A DNA stretch of 52,698 nt from a virus (lineage: Duplodnaviria; Caudoviricetes). How positions within the stretch are numbered: the stretch's first letter is position 1; every line of letters begins with the position of its first letter. The position numbers were made by a program, and so were the translations under genes. The notes beneath the pieces were generated by a model. That model was not told where the DNA came from. It was given only the letters and a program-made list of their open reading frames with translations, and did not search any database. Location: IMG/VR virus record IMGVR_UViG_3300048800_000113, positions 1 to 52,698 of that record, one strand, 5' to 3'. This document shows, one piece after another, positions 1 through 8,387 of the stretch.

Positions 1-143
1 GGATGTCCCAGATTCGGCTCATCGTGAGGCCTCACCTCCCGACTATGAGCTGCTGCTCCGGCAGCGCTCCATCGATAAGGGGGGGGGATGACACAAGCAA
101 GGCTCTGGCACCTCGCCAGAGCCTCGCTTGTGTAGGTCCTGAC

Positions 144-1478
144 CTAGCGTGCTCTGTGCTCTCCAACGTCCGTCAGAGCGCCACGCTTGCGGCCACACCC
201 GCACCGCAAGCCATGAGCACCCATGGCAGGCATCGGGCAGAGCGTGAGAGCGTGAGTCCAGTAGTGCCACGTCTCGATGATGTCGCTCTGACCAATGCGA
301 CCCATGACGCGGTGAGCAGTGCGCTCGATGAGAGGCTTGCCTACCGTCGGCCCACACCCGCACGTTGCCTTGTGCTCACCCCAGAGCCGAGATGTCAGGA
401 TGTTGTCTGGAGACTCGATGGGACGCTTGCAGGCGGTTGCTTGCGACCTAGCGTCGCTAGCCTCGTGAGCCGTGAGAGCAGCATCGTCGGCCCGTACAGA
501 GCGTTTGGCTGCCAGTCCGGCATCGTTTGGCCCTCCCGTAGCACTGAACAGTGTTCCGGGTGTCTGCGAGCCGCTAGCGCCGTGAGAGATGCCCTCTAGC
601 GGTTGCCCGGGTGTCGGTCCTTGCCTGCCCTTACTGCCAGTGTTGACCCGATGCCCTCTCACTGGCTGAAGGGGTGCAACATGGCTGCCAGTGTTGATGT
701 CTGGCTGAAAGTCGCTCATGGGTCGATACGTGGCGTACTCGATGCCCTCCGGCCGAGCGCCGTTGTTCCACACTGCCAGACCATGCCCACCATAGGCACG
801 ACGGTCCCGAGTCACCCATGCCAGAGCGCTAGAGGTCAGAGTCTCGACAGTCTCAGAGTCATCTCTCAGAGCCTGCACCATGGCATAGGCAGTGCATCCT
901 GCCTTACGTAGTTCGGTGCTTGCTTGCTTTGTTCTAGGCCGTGAAACACCCGCAGCAGTAGCGATAACCGTCACCTTGAGAGGTACGTACAGAGCGCCGT
1001 TATAGTCACGGGTTGCACTGTGCTTTGCAGCATCGGCGATTACTGCTGAGACGATGCTTGCAGCACCATGAGGTGCCAGTGCCAGAGCATCGGCCAGTGG
1101 CAGAATCTCACCCCTAGATCCTCCGTCGTAGGACCGTGCTACCTCATCACGGCTCGACATCATTGCTACCTCTAGCGCGTCTCGCTCTGCCTGCGTCTCG
1201 ACATCATCAAGACTCACGAAATCAGGATCAGCCGATTTCGTTTGTTCGGTGCGGTGCTTGCTCATTACTGCCTGATGTGAGGCTTGCTCGATGCTCACGC
1301 CGTTACGCCACACTGCGAGAAACACGTGAGGCATAGCGTCTGCCTCAGCATCGGCACTGGCACCGATAGCCCTAGCGACCTTGTGCACTGCTGCAAGGAT
1401 CTGCACTGATGTCTCAGCACCTAGAGCCGTAGCGGCTCGGCTCCAGTCTGCGAGCGTTTGGTCTGTCTGTACTGACAT
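144..1478 (-). CDS. Divergent sigma-70/ECF-like protein with long C-terminal extension containing two HxxxCGCG motifs
   Basis: ORF 144..1493; ATG at 1478 follows GAGAGG. ADAEADAMPHVFLAVWR resembles ECF region 2 (DAEDlvQevFLaaWR). Also FVSLDD, and LADALALAP...VIATAAGVSRPRTKQASTELRK resembling the region 4 HTH. Confidence 0.45.
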   Translation of the reverse strand: MSVQTDQTLADWSRAATALGAETSVQILAAVHKVARAIGASADAEADAMPHVFLAVWRNGVSIEQASHQAVMSKHRTEQTKSADPDFVSLDDVETQAERDALEVAMMSSRDEVARSYDGGSRGEILPLADALALAPHGAASIVSAVIADAAKHSATRDYNGALYVPLKVTVIATAAGVSRPRTKQASTELRKAGCTAYAMVQALRDDSETVETLTSSALAWVTRDRRAYGGHGLAVWNNGARPEGIEYATYRPMSDFQPDINTGSHVAPLQPVRGHRVNTGSKGRQGPTPGQPLEGISHGASGSQTPGTLFSATGGPNDAGLAAKRSVRADDAALTAHEASDARSQATACKRPIESPDNILTSRLWGEHKATCGCGPTVGKPLIERTAHRVMGRIGQSDIIETWHYWTHALTLCPMPAMGAHGLRCGCGRKRGALTDVGEHRAR

Positions 1479-1562
1479 GATCTTGCCTCTCACCTAAGCC
1501 AAGGCACGTTGCCTTGTGTTGTCAGTGTGACAGTAATTACGCGCTTGCGCCATACCCTTGTG

Positions 1563-1790
1563 AGTATTGCTAGTGAGAGATTCAGCAGCGCTCGCAGCAG
1601 CGCTCGCAGGCTTGCTCGCAGGCTTGCTCGCAGCAGAGCAGCAGCGCTCGCGCCAAACCCTCTCAAGTATTGCTAGTGAGGCTCGCAGAGCCGCTCGCAG
1701 CAGCGCTCACCTAGCGCTCGCAGCAGAGCCGCTCGCAGGCTCGCAGCAGAGCCGCTCGCAGCAGCGCGGCTCACCTAGGCACCGCCTAGG
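1563..1790. repeat. Intergenic array of GCTCGCAG units with two copies of AGTATTGCTAGTGAG
   Basis: GCTCGCAG at 1590, 1602, 1614, 1626 (12-bp period), then 1681, 1693, 1716, 1731, 1739, ~1754; identical 15-mers at 1563-1577 and 1666-1680. Confidence 0.85.
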
Positions 1791-2450
1791 CCGGCCTGGC
1801 CACGAGCCGCCGGCTAGGCGGAACAAGCAACGCGCGCGCAACGAGCGCACGCGAACGAGCTCACGAGGAGGTGAGTCGAAATGGCCTTCTGGTCACGAAG
1901 CGGCCTTCCGGTCGTGAAAGTCACCTTGCACCAGGTCACATGGTGCGACAAGCACGGGCACGCCCCTGTCTTACGAGAGGGGAAGTGGACCTGCGCACAC
2001 TGCGCTCACCTGCACAGGTGAGTGAGTACCGGCTACACACGCCACGAGCCTGCGGGCCCCTGGGTGCCTAGCCAGCTTGGGCGAGGCCTCACCCCTCTCT
2101 CAAGCGCGATTCACGAGCAATCGTGAAACCTCCTCGGCAGCACGAGGTGCTATATGGCGCTGTGCACGACCAGGGTGCAAATGGGCACCTGGACAACAAA
2201 ATACGCACGCATACGAGCAGGGTGCTCGTGATGTGGTCACTGCGATGACGGGGACGGACCCCCGAGCGGGAGCACGCGAAGACTCCTACGGGACGAGCGG
2301 CGCCATCAATACATCATCACGAGCACCCTGACTCACTCCTGCTCACCGTTGCGGGACAGAGATTCCCCTGTGGTACGGACGCCCGTCCGTGCCCTCGGGG
2401 AGTCACGAGCAACGGGCTCGGGACTCCTTCTCACAAGAAGGAGCACCATC

Positions 2451-2942
2451 ATGAGCAAGAACCTCACCACGGTCATCGCGGGTCACAAGCTCCCGCTCCT
2501 GGCGACCGAGGTCATGAAGAAGGACGAGCACGGGAACAAGGTCGGTACCGGCAAGTTCTGGCACTGCTTTCGCATCGACGCCCGCACCATGTTCGGGGTG
2601 TCGATCCCTGCCCTCGACAAGGCGCTGCCGACGAGCATCGAGATCGACGGCACCAAGGTCGACCTCGCCATCGAGATGCAGGCCCCGTCCTACACGGACC
2701 GCCTGACCAAGAAGGTCGTCGTCCGCAAGAACCGCCACCTCCAGGCCAAGGCCAACGGCACGTTCACGAGCCCGACGCTGGGCGAGGAGCGGGCGTACTC
2801 CGTCACCATCACCGACACCGGTGACGACGTGTGGAACGTCACGGTGAAGGTCAACCGTGGCGCTGGCTCGGTGTCCCCCGAGTCGAAGCACGAGAAGGCC
2901 GCTGCCAACGCGGCCAAGCTGGCGGCCTTCCTGGCCTCCTGA
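2451..2942 (+). CDS. Hypothetical early protein
   Basis: AAGGAG RBS before ATG 2451; strong GC3 codon bias. Confidence 0.75.
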   Translation: MSKNLTTVIAGHKLPLLATEVMKKDEHGNKVGTGKFWHCFRIDARTMFGVSIPALDKALPTSIEIDGTKVDLAIEMQAPSYTDRLTKKVVVRKNRHLQAKANGTFTSPTLGEERAYSVTITDTGDDVWNVTVKVNRGAGSVSPESKHEKAAANAAKLAAFLAS

Positions 2943-2972
2943 CCCATCCGTCCCTACGAGCGAGAAGGAGCC

Positions 2973-3320
2973 ATGTGCATTCACGAGTTGAGTGAGTGCG
3001 CGTGGTGCCCCTCGGAGTCCACATACGTGGCACGAGGAGAGGCGCTGCGCGCACTCATGGAGCGGCCGGCACGAGAGCACGTGCTACCGCTCCAGGTTGT
3101 GGCCACGGTGGTCCCTGCGCCGAGCACGGACTCCTTCGACCACTACGAGCCTGGCTACGAGTCGGCCAGCCTCAAGTACACCAAGCAGGTCCCACGCTTG
3201 GGATACCCACACTGGGCAGTCACGAGCGAGGTCGTGCCCCAGAATCTGCCTGGCATCCGGTGCTACGAGCGCTCGGAGTACGGCGAGATCACCTACATCG
3301 GCGAGCGCAGGCCCTACTGA
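2973..3320 (+). CDS. Hypothetical protein
   Basis: GAAGGAG RBS; 115-aa ORF in operon order. Confidence 0.65.
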   Translation: MCIHELSECAWCPSESTYVARGEALRALMERPAREHVLPLQVVATVVPAPSTDSFDHYEPGYESASLKYTKQVPRLGYPHWAVTSEVVPQNLPGIRCYERSEYGEITYIGERRPY

Positions 3321-3369
3321 GGGCGTGCAAACGAGCGTTGTTACGTCTGGTCTGCGAGAGGAGGCCGTG

Positions 3370-3582
3370 ATGAACACCGGCCTGGCACGACGTGCCAAGC
3401 ACGTCATGCAGAAGCGAGCACGTATCAAGCGACGCAAGTACCGCGAGGACCTACGTGCCGGTCTGGTCCGAGGACCGATGACCATCGCTCACCAGAACGG
3501 ACTGCCACACGAGTGGCGCAAGTGCCCAGTGTGCACGATGGCGCACATACGAGCCGTCAACACGATCCCACCTACGACCTAA
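3370..3582 (+). CDS. Small basic hypothetical protein
   Basis: GAGGAGG RBS; MNTGLARRAKH... with CPVC motif. Confidence 0.55.
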   Translation: MNTGLARRAKHVMQKRARIKRRKYREDLRAGLVRGPMTIAHQNGLPHEWRKCPVCTMAHIRAVNTIPPTT

Positions 3583-3591
3583 GGAGTCGTC

Positions 3592-3792
3592 ATGGTCGAG
3601 TACACCGTCACCGACGAGCAGCAAGAGCGCCTCGGCCACCTGACACTGAGGGAGTGGACGAGCATCGCCCACCTGCGTGGCTGGTGCCACAACAGCGTGG
3701 CTTGCCCAACATGCCTGAGCGAACGGAAGGCCATGGCCTTCTGGACGAACAAGGGACGAGCCGACGCGATCCGCGAGATCGCAGAAGGCTGA
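3592..3792 (+). CDS. Small hypothetical protein
   Basis: AAGGAG RBS; 66 aa. Confidence 0.6.
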   Translation: MVEYTVTDEQQERLGHLTLREWTSIAHLRGWCHNSVACPTCLSERKAMAFWTNKGRADAIREIAEG

Positions 3793-3925
3793 GGGAGGTG
3801 AGAACGATGCAACGTGGGCAGGAAAGCTGCCCAATAAGGTGCGCTTGCACCACGGCAAACACATTCCTAGCGGCATAGCCGTAGAGACTCGGGACAATAG
3901 GGCCGAGCGCCTGTGGGAGCACCTT

Positions 3926-3997
3926 GGTGGACGTAGCTCAGTAGGCAGAGCGACGTGATAACGAGGGTCGCGGGTTCGAGTCCCGCCGTCCACCCCA
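3926..3997 (+). tRNA. tRNA-like gene with truncated anticodon arm (identity unclear)
   Basis: Acceptor GTGGACG/CGTCCAC, D-arm GCTC..GAGC, T-arm GCGGG-TTCGAGT-CCCGC, encoded CCA; only 18 nt between D- and T-arms. Confidence 0.7.
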
Positions 3998-4194
3998 CTG
4001 TCGCCAGTACGGCGACACGTACCTGAGAGGCCAACGAGCCCTCGGTCGTCGTGCTCAGAGCACGGCTAAAACCAACGCGTAACAAGCGCGTTCAACACAT
4101 CCCCGCTCGGATCGGGTCTTAGTTCCCCGCCGAGTGGTGACGAGACATGCCCAACCTCCGCAAACGGGCGTTGGGCTCCCGCAAAGGAGGACAC

Positions 4195-4353
4195 ATGGAC
4201 TACGAGGTCACTATCTCCACCACCTACACCGTCTTCGCGGTCAGTCCCATCGAGGCCAGTGAGATGGCATTGCATCTTGCTGGCGAAGACGGGCTGCACG
4301 TCGACCGCTCCAACGTCAACATCAGCGTCAAGCCCAGTGGCCGTGATACCTGA
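4195..4353 (+). CDS. Small hypothetical protein
   Basis: AAAGGAGG RBS before ATG 4195. Confidence 0.6.
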   Translation: MDYEVTISTTYTVFAVSPIEASEMALHLAGEDGLHVDRSNVNISVKPSGRDT

Positions 4354-4430
4354 TGCGCTTTCTCATCGGCGCCACCATCATCCTGCTCTTCTTCGGTGTG
4401 GCGGCTTGGTACGCAGATCGGAACGTGTGA
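4353..4430 (+). CDS. 25-aa membrane peptide
   Basis: MRFLIGATIILLFFGVAAWYADRNV; TGATG coupling at both ends. Confidence 0.45.
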   Translation: MRFLIGATIILLFFGVAAWYADRNV

Positions 4431-4648
4431 TGAGAACTCGCATCGTCGTCGACGGCGCGACCCCGGCTGAGATCTACGACCTCACGCTCGCATTCCAGCG
4501 AACCACCGCAGGATTCGACCTGCCTGAACAACTCACCACCGTCCCGACCGTGACCGTGTGCGGCAGCGCGATGGGTTGGTCATCTCCCGCCCTGACCGTA
4601 GAACACGCGGCTGCCGTGTTGGCCGAGTACGAGAAGAGAGGTGAGTGA
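4430..4648 (+). CDS. Hypothetical protein
   Basis: TGATG coupling; GC3 bias. Confidence 0.55.
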   Translation: MRTRIVVDGATPAEIYDLTLAFQRTTAGFDLPEQLTTVPTVTVCGSAMGWSSPALTVEHAAAVLAEYEKRGE

Positions 4649-4736
4649 TCGTGAGGATGGGCACGTTAGCAGCCTGGGTTCTATTCGACATCGCCATGCT
4701 CGTGGTGCTCGTGGTGCTAGTCCGCAGGTCGGGTCA

Positions 4737-4964
4737 ATGAGCCCGCGCAACATCGAGCCACCTCACCCGCCCTCTGTAGGTAGGAGGCAGATCGTGGGCT
4801 GGAGCTACAACGGCGCTCTCTACTGCGTCGACCACGAGCCCGACTACAAGACAGCCGTCGCCAGTCCCAACGTGGAATCTCTCGACATCCCCCAGCCCGT
4901 CTTCCTCGACGAGATCACCAGTCACGACGTCTGTGACCTCTGCCTTATCCCGCTGGACGCATGA
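4737..4964 (+). CDS. Small Cys-containing hypothetical protein
   Basis: YCVDH...CDLC possible Zn ligands. Confidence 0.5.
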   Translation: MSPRNIEPPHPPSVGRRQIVGWSYNGALYCVDHEPDYKTAVASPNVESLDIPQPVFLDEITSHDVCDLCLIPLDA

Positions 4965-4976
4965 GAGGAGCAAAGC

Positions 4977-5195
4977 ATGAAGCACGACGAACACGACCGG
5001 CACCGACTGTCGATCGTGCGCATCGAGCCGCCGACAACGCTCGTTTGCAGCCTTGGCTGCTGCGGCGAGCCAGCTGGCTACCAGTTCGTTGGCCGGCGCT
5101 CTGACGGTGGAGATCTGTTCACCTGCAGTCGCCATGTCAGCCAGGTTCAGGAGTGGGTCGGTGGCCATCCCATCACGATCCACCCAGCGCCATGA
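4977..5195 (+). CDS. Small hypothetical protein
   Basis: GAGGAG RBS; CSLGCC...CSRH. Confidence 0.55.
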   Translation: MKHDEHDRHRLSIVRIEPPTTLVCSLGCCGEPAGYQFVGRRSDGGDLFTCSRHVSQVQEWVGGHPITIHPAP

Positions 5196-5407
5196 CCACC
5201 CGCGACAAGGATCTGCCGATCACGTGGTCAGAGCCCGAGAAGGCGGACATGGAGCGCGTCATCAACGAGTGCCCCACCCACCTCTACACGTACAGCCCGG
5301 AGGCTGGCGACACCCGCTACGTCTTCAGCGACGTGCCCTACACCCTGCGCCTGGGCAACGCCTACCTGCACGCCATCCACGTCAAGGAGGGACAACCCCA
5401 TGTCTGA
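5192..5407 (+). CDS. Small hypothetical protein
   Basis: ATGA overlap with upstream gene; GC3 bias. Confidence 0.55.
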   Translation: MTTRDKDLPITWSEPEKADMERVINECPTHLYTYSPEAGDTRYVFSDVPYTLRLGNAYLHAIHVKEGQPHV

Positions 5408-5678
5408 AACCACCACAATCCGCCTGAAGGGGCCCGCGGATCTGCTCACGTCCCTGCCCTACCAACTCGGTTACCACCCCAAGGACAGCATCGTGGTCGT
5501 CTGCATGAACAACGGCCGGGTCGGACTGGTCCAACGCCTGGACCTTCCACCGATCGAGCATGTCGTTGACGCTCTGGCCTCCATGCTCGAGCCGATGATG
5601 CGTCAGCGTCCCTGCACGTTGGCATGGCCAGCTGGCTGGCCAACCGAATCACCAGGGTCAGCGCGTCGCTGCCTCTGA
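5400..5678 (+). CDS. DUF4192-like N-terminal fragment (truncated)
   Basis: IRLKGPADLLTSLPYQLGYHPKDSIVVV...RVGLVQRLDLP matches the actinobacterial DUF4192 N-terminus as I recall it; only 92 aa. Confidence 0.6.
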   Translation: MSETTTIRLKGPADLLTSLPYQLGYHPKDSIVVVCMNNGRVGLVQRLDLPPIEHVVDALASMLEPMMRQRPCTLAWPAGWPTESPGSARRCL

Positions 5679-5855
5679 TCAGTCACTGACAGAAGGGATC
5701 GTCATGGAAGGCCCGACACCTGACGAAAAGATCACCGCCGACACGCCCATCTACGACGCCTTGTTGGCGGAGCTCATGTTGGCGAAGTTCATCCGCAAGC
5801 ACGGGCACAAGCCTGGAGAGACTCCGCGCCGGCGCCTGTTCAAGAAGATGCTCCG

Positions 5856-6170
5856 ATGAGCGACGACGACTACCACGCCCAGTTCGAGGAGGCACTGCTG
5901 GAGGGGTCGATGCTCCTGAACCTTCACCACCCCACGCACCACGGTGTAGCCACCGAAGGTGACCTGCCACCGTGCCAGATGATCGACCGCGTCGTCAACA
6001 GCCTTGAGGCCGCCCTGGGTCCGCTGATCCTCATCTTCGTGGCCAGCGGCAACCCGATCGAGACGGCGAACCATAAGGCGATGGAGTCGCTCCTGCGCTC
6101 TGCCCTGGAGGTCGGCTTCGCTACCGGCCGCGTGTTCCAGTCCCACGGCTACGACGTACCAGCCAAGTAG
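5856..6170 (+). CDS. Hypothetical protein
   Basis: ATGA-coupled ORF, GC3 bias. Confidence 0.6.
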   Translation: MSDDDYHAQFEEALLEGSMLLNLHHPTHHGVATEGDLPPCQMIDRVVNSLEAALGPLILIFVASGNPIETANHKAMESLLRSALEVGFATGRVFQSHGYDVPAK

Positions 6171-6177
6171 GTCAGTC

Positions 6178-6411
6178 ATGCCATGGAAGGAGATCGATCT
6201 CATCACTGAATCCTTGGGCGAGGGGGACTTAGACCCACTCATCAATGCCCTGCTGGCCCTTGCGCCAGCATCGCGCTTCAACCTCATGAATGCGGTGCGA
6301 GCACTGCAGATCAGAGGTGTCGGGGGGCAGTTGCGCATCCACATCGATCACAGGGGTGACGTCGAGGTCGAGTTCTTCGGCCTGACCCCTGCGTCCGAAC
6401 AACCGAGATAG
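6178..6411 (+). CDS. Hypothetical protein
   Basis: ORF in operon order. Confidence 0.5.
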   Translation: MPWKEIDLITESLGEGDLDPLINALLALAPASRFNLMNAVRALQIRGVGGQLRIHIDHRGDVEVEFFGLTPASEQPR

Positions 6412-6419
6412 GAGGAGCC

Positions 6420-6638
6420 ATGACAACGCCCGTTCTTACAGCGCTCGACCGCTGCGACATCTGCGGCGCTCAAGCCTATGTCCGGGTCACCGTTCTTGTC
6501 CCGGACAAGAGCAAGAACTGCGAGCTGCTGTTCTGCAGCCATCACTACAACATCCACCAGCCTGCCCTGATCTACAGCGGGGCGCAGGTCCGCCAGGACC
6601 AGCGCGACGAGCTTGTGAGGGAGGAGACCCGTGTCTGA
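6420..6638 (+). CDS. Conserved actinobacterial small Zn-binding protein (LTxxDRCDxCGAQAY...LLFCxHH)
   Basis: AGGAGGAG RBS; recognisable CxxC...CxHH pattern. Confidence 0.7.
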   Translation: MTTPVLTALDRCDICGAQAYVRVTVLVPDKSKNCELLFCSHHYNIHQPALIYSGAQVRQDQRDELVREETRV

Positions 6639-6799
6639 CATGCCGAAGAGCATCAGCATCTTCGAGGCCCTGTCTGAGAAGGCGGCCTTGCTGCGAGACC
6701 CGAAGTTCCGGGCCCTGTTGGCCAACGCCACCTACATCCCACTCGTGACCCGATCACCGGACGAGATCTTCGGGCCGTGCCCCATCCCTGGAGTCTCCG

Positions 6800-7084
6800 A
6801 TGAGCTATAGATCAACCCGTCCTCATGAGTTCGCTGGCCAATTCCTGTACTGCGCCGTCTGTGCGCTGCCCCGAGGCAACGGCCTCCACAGAGCCCGACC
6901 GCGCTCGTTCATGGTCGCCGTGACCGACTACACGCTCGCCGTCACCCACGGCGGCTGGCCGAGCGTCGAGTACGGCCCATTCGGCACCAACGCCGATGCG
7001 CAGGAGTTCGCAGCCAAGGTGCGCGGACCCCATCGAACCGCCACCGTCACCGAACTGAGTGACCCCACCCAACTCGTCAAGTGA
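6800..7084 (+). CDS. Hypothetical protein
   Basis: 94-aa ORF with CAVC motif. Confidence 0.5.
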   Translation: MSYRSTRPHEFAGQFLYCAVCALPRGNGLHRARPRSFMVAVTDYTLAVTHGGWPSVEYGPFGTNADAQEFAAKVRGPHRTATVTELSDPTQLVK

Positions 7085-7089
7085 CTTGA

Positions 7090-7162
7090 TCCCGAGTGGG
7101 CTGCTGGCAGCCCAGCCAGGCTCTGGACCTGGCCTCCGTTGGTTCGATTCCAGCCTCGGGAG
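7090..7162 (+). tRNA. tRNA-Gln(CTG)
   Basis: Acceptor TCCCGAG/CTCGGGA, anticodon arm CCAGG-CTCTGGA-CCTGG, T-arm GTTGG-TTCGATT-CCAGC, G discriminator; atypical D-arm; no encoded CCA. Confidence 0.8.
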
Positions 7163-7208
7163 CGACCCATCCTGCCAACGTCCGTTGGCACCAACGAAAG
7201 GCAGAGCA

Positions 7209-7553
7209 ATGACCAAGACCGCTGATGCAGTCGTGGAGAGGGCGCGCCCATTGTCCCTGGGTGCCAGCCGCAACCTCCAGAAGCTCATCGAGAACGACTT
7301 CGCCGCGCTGAAGGAGCGTCGTCTGGACAAGCTCACGAAGGGCAAGGCTGCTCTCGAGCTCTCCGCTCTGGAGCTGGAGCCCCAGATCGTGGCGATGCAG
7401 AAGCGCCTCGACTACGCCCTGTCCAACCCCGACCTGGTACGGGCAGCCAAGGCTCCTGAAGTGCCGACCGAGACGAAGACCGCCTCAGCCGAGGAGTTCC
7501 ACGCTCAGGTCACCGGCCAACCCTGGCCCGAGAACGGCCCGACGACCCACTGA
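7209..7553 (+). CDS. Hypothetical coiled-coil protein
   Basis: GAAAGG RBS; GC3 bias. Confidence 0.65.
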   Translation: MTKTADAVVERARPLSLGASRNLQKLIENDFAALKERRLDKLTKGKAALELSALELEPQIVAMQKRLDYALSNPDLVRAAKAPEVPTETKTASAEEFHAQVTGQPWPENGPTTH

Positions 7554-7586
7554 CATCCGCAAGTCCAGCACTACCAAGGAGGAAGC

Positions 7587-8387
7587 ATGGCATACCGACC
7601 CGGTGTGATCCTTCAGCTCGGCACGATCACCGCAATCGTCGACATCGACAACGCGGTGCAGTCTGTGGCCGGTCTGAAGAACGTGTGTTTGGGGCCGACA
7701 GGCACCGAGCACATCCCCACGGCCTGCAAGCAGCAGTCGCTGAAGTGCCCCGACTGCGGCAACGATGACCCCACCACCTTCAAGAAGGCCAAGGTCGAGG
7801 CCAAGCAGTTCGTCGTCGTGGAGAAGACCGAGGTGGCCGACGCCAAGGCTGGCGCGGTGGGTGCGACCAACAAGTTCATCTCGCTGCTGGCCCACCCTGC
7901 CGAGGAGGTCCACACCCAGACCATCCAAGGCGGCGGCGTCTACCAGCTCAAGGCTGCGAACCAGCCGATGGTGCAGGTCGTCTCGCTGCTGCTGGACACC
8001 CTGCGTCGCCACCCCGAGCTGGCCTTCACCGGCCTGTGGAGCCCGGCTGGCCGCGTGAACTTCTACGAGGTGCGTCCCTTCGGAGACACCCTCGTCATGG
8101 AGGAGCGTGCCCGCACGGAGGAGCTGAAGATCATCCAGCAGCCCGTTGCGGCCATCGACCCTGCATTCCAGTCGCAGGTGGACATCATCCTGGCAGGCAA
8201 CGTGGTGCCCTACAACCCGGCCACCTACCAGGACGCATACCTGCAGAAGCTGGAGGCTGTCCTGGCCTCCAAGCAGGCCCAGGACGGCATCTTGGTGCCC
8301 AAGGGCAAGTCCACCCCGACCGTGGCTGGCGCCGTGGATCTGTCCGCGATGCTGTCCGCTGGCCTGGCTGGTCTGAAGGTCGCCTGA
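7587..8387 (+). CDS. ku: Ku-like DNA end-binding protein
   Basis: Collinear with prokaryotic Ku: N-terminal beta region, CPDCG Zn ribbon, KQFVVVE, YQL...LLLDTL, LVMEE...EEL, YNPATYQDAYLQKLEAVLASK. Confidence 0.75.
   Translation: MAYRPGVILQLGTITAIVDIDNAVQSVAGLKNVCLGPTGTEHIPTACKQQSLKCPDCGNDDPTTFKKAKVEAKQFVVVEKTEVADAKAGAVGATNKFISLLAHPAEEVHTQTIQGGGVYQLKAANQPMVQVVSLLLDTLRRHPELAFTGLWSPAGRVNFYEVRPFGDTLVMEERARTEELKIIQQPVAAIDPAFQSQVDIILAGNVVPYNPATYQDAYLQKLEAVLASKQAQDGILVPKGKSTPTVAGAVDLSAMLSAGLAGLKVA

Noticed and set aside
1563-1790. CRISPR array
   Set aside because: Units are 8-15 bp without unique 30-40-bp spacers. The only Cas-like gene is a stand-alone Cas4/RecB-type nuclease typical of phage recombination modules.
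1567-2331. ORFs 1567..1917, 1871..2071 and 2077..2331 as genes
   Set aside because: Low-complexity translations of the repeat region with no RBS or codon bias.
3838-3923. c-di-GMP-I riboswitch (GGCAAAC...GGGAC resemblance)
   Set aside because: The GNRA loop/receptor and second stem consensus are not recognisable; kept only as a generic structured region.
3926-3997. Calling it a functional tRNA-His or tRNA-Ile
   Set aside because: It cannot form a 5-bp stem with a 7-nt anticodon loop, and the identity elements conflict.
4020-4095. Hammerhead or pistol ribozyme
   Set aside because: CTGAGAG and CTAAAAC do not match the CUGANGA/GAAA core; the pistol pseudoknot order is not satisfied.
7090-7162. 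tRNA as a prophage attachment site or host boundary
   Set aside because: Phage-like genes continue on both sides; no integrase or duplicated tRNA 3' end was seen.
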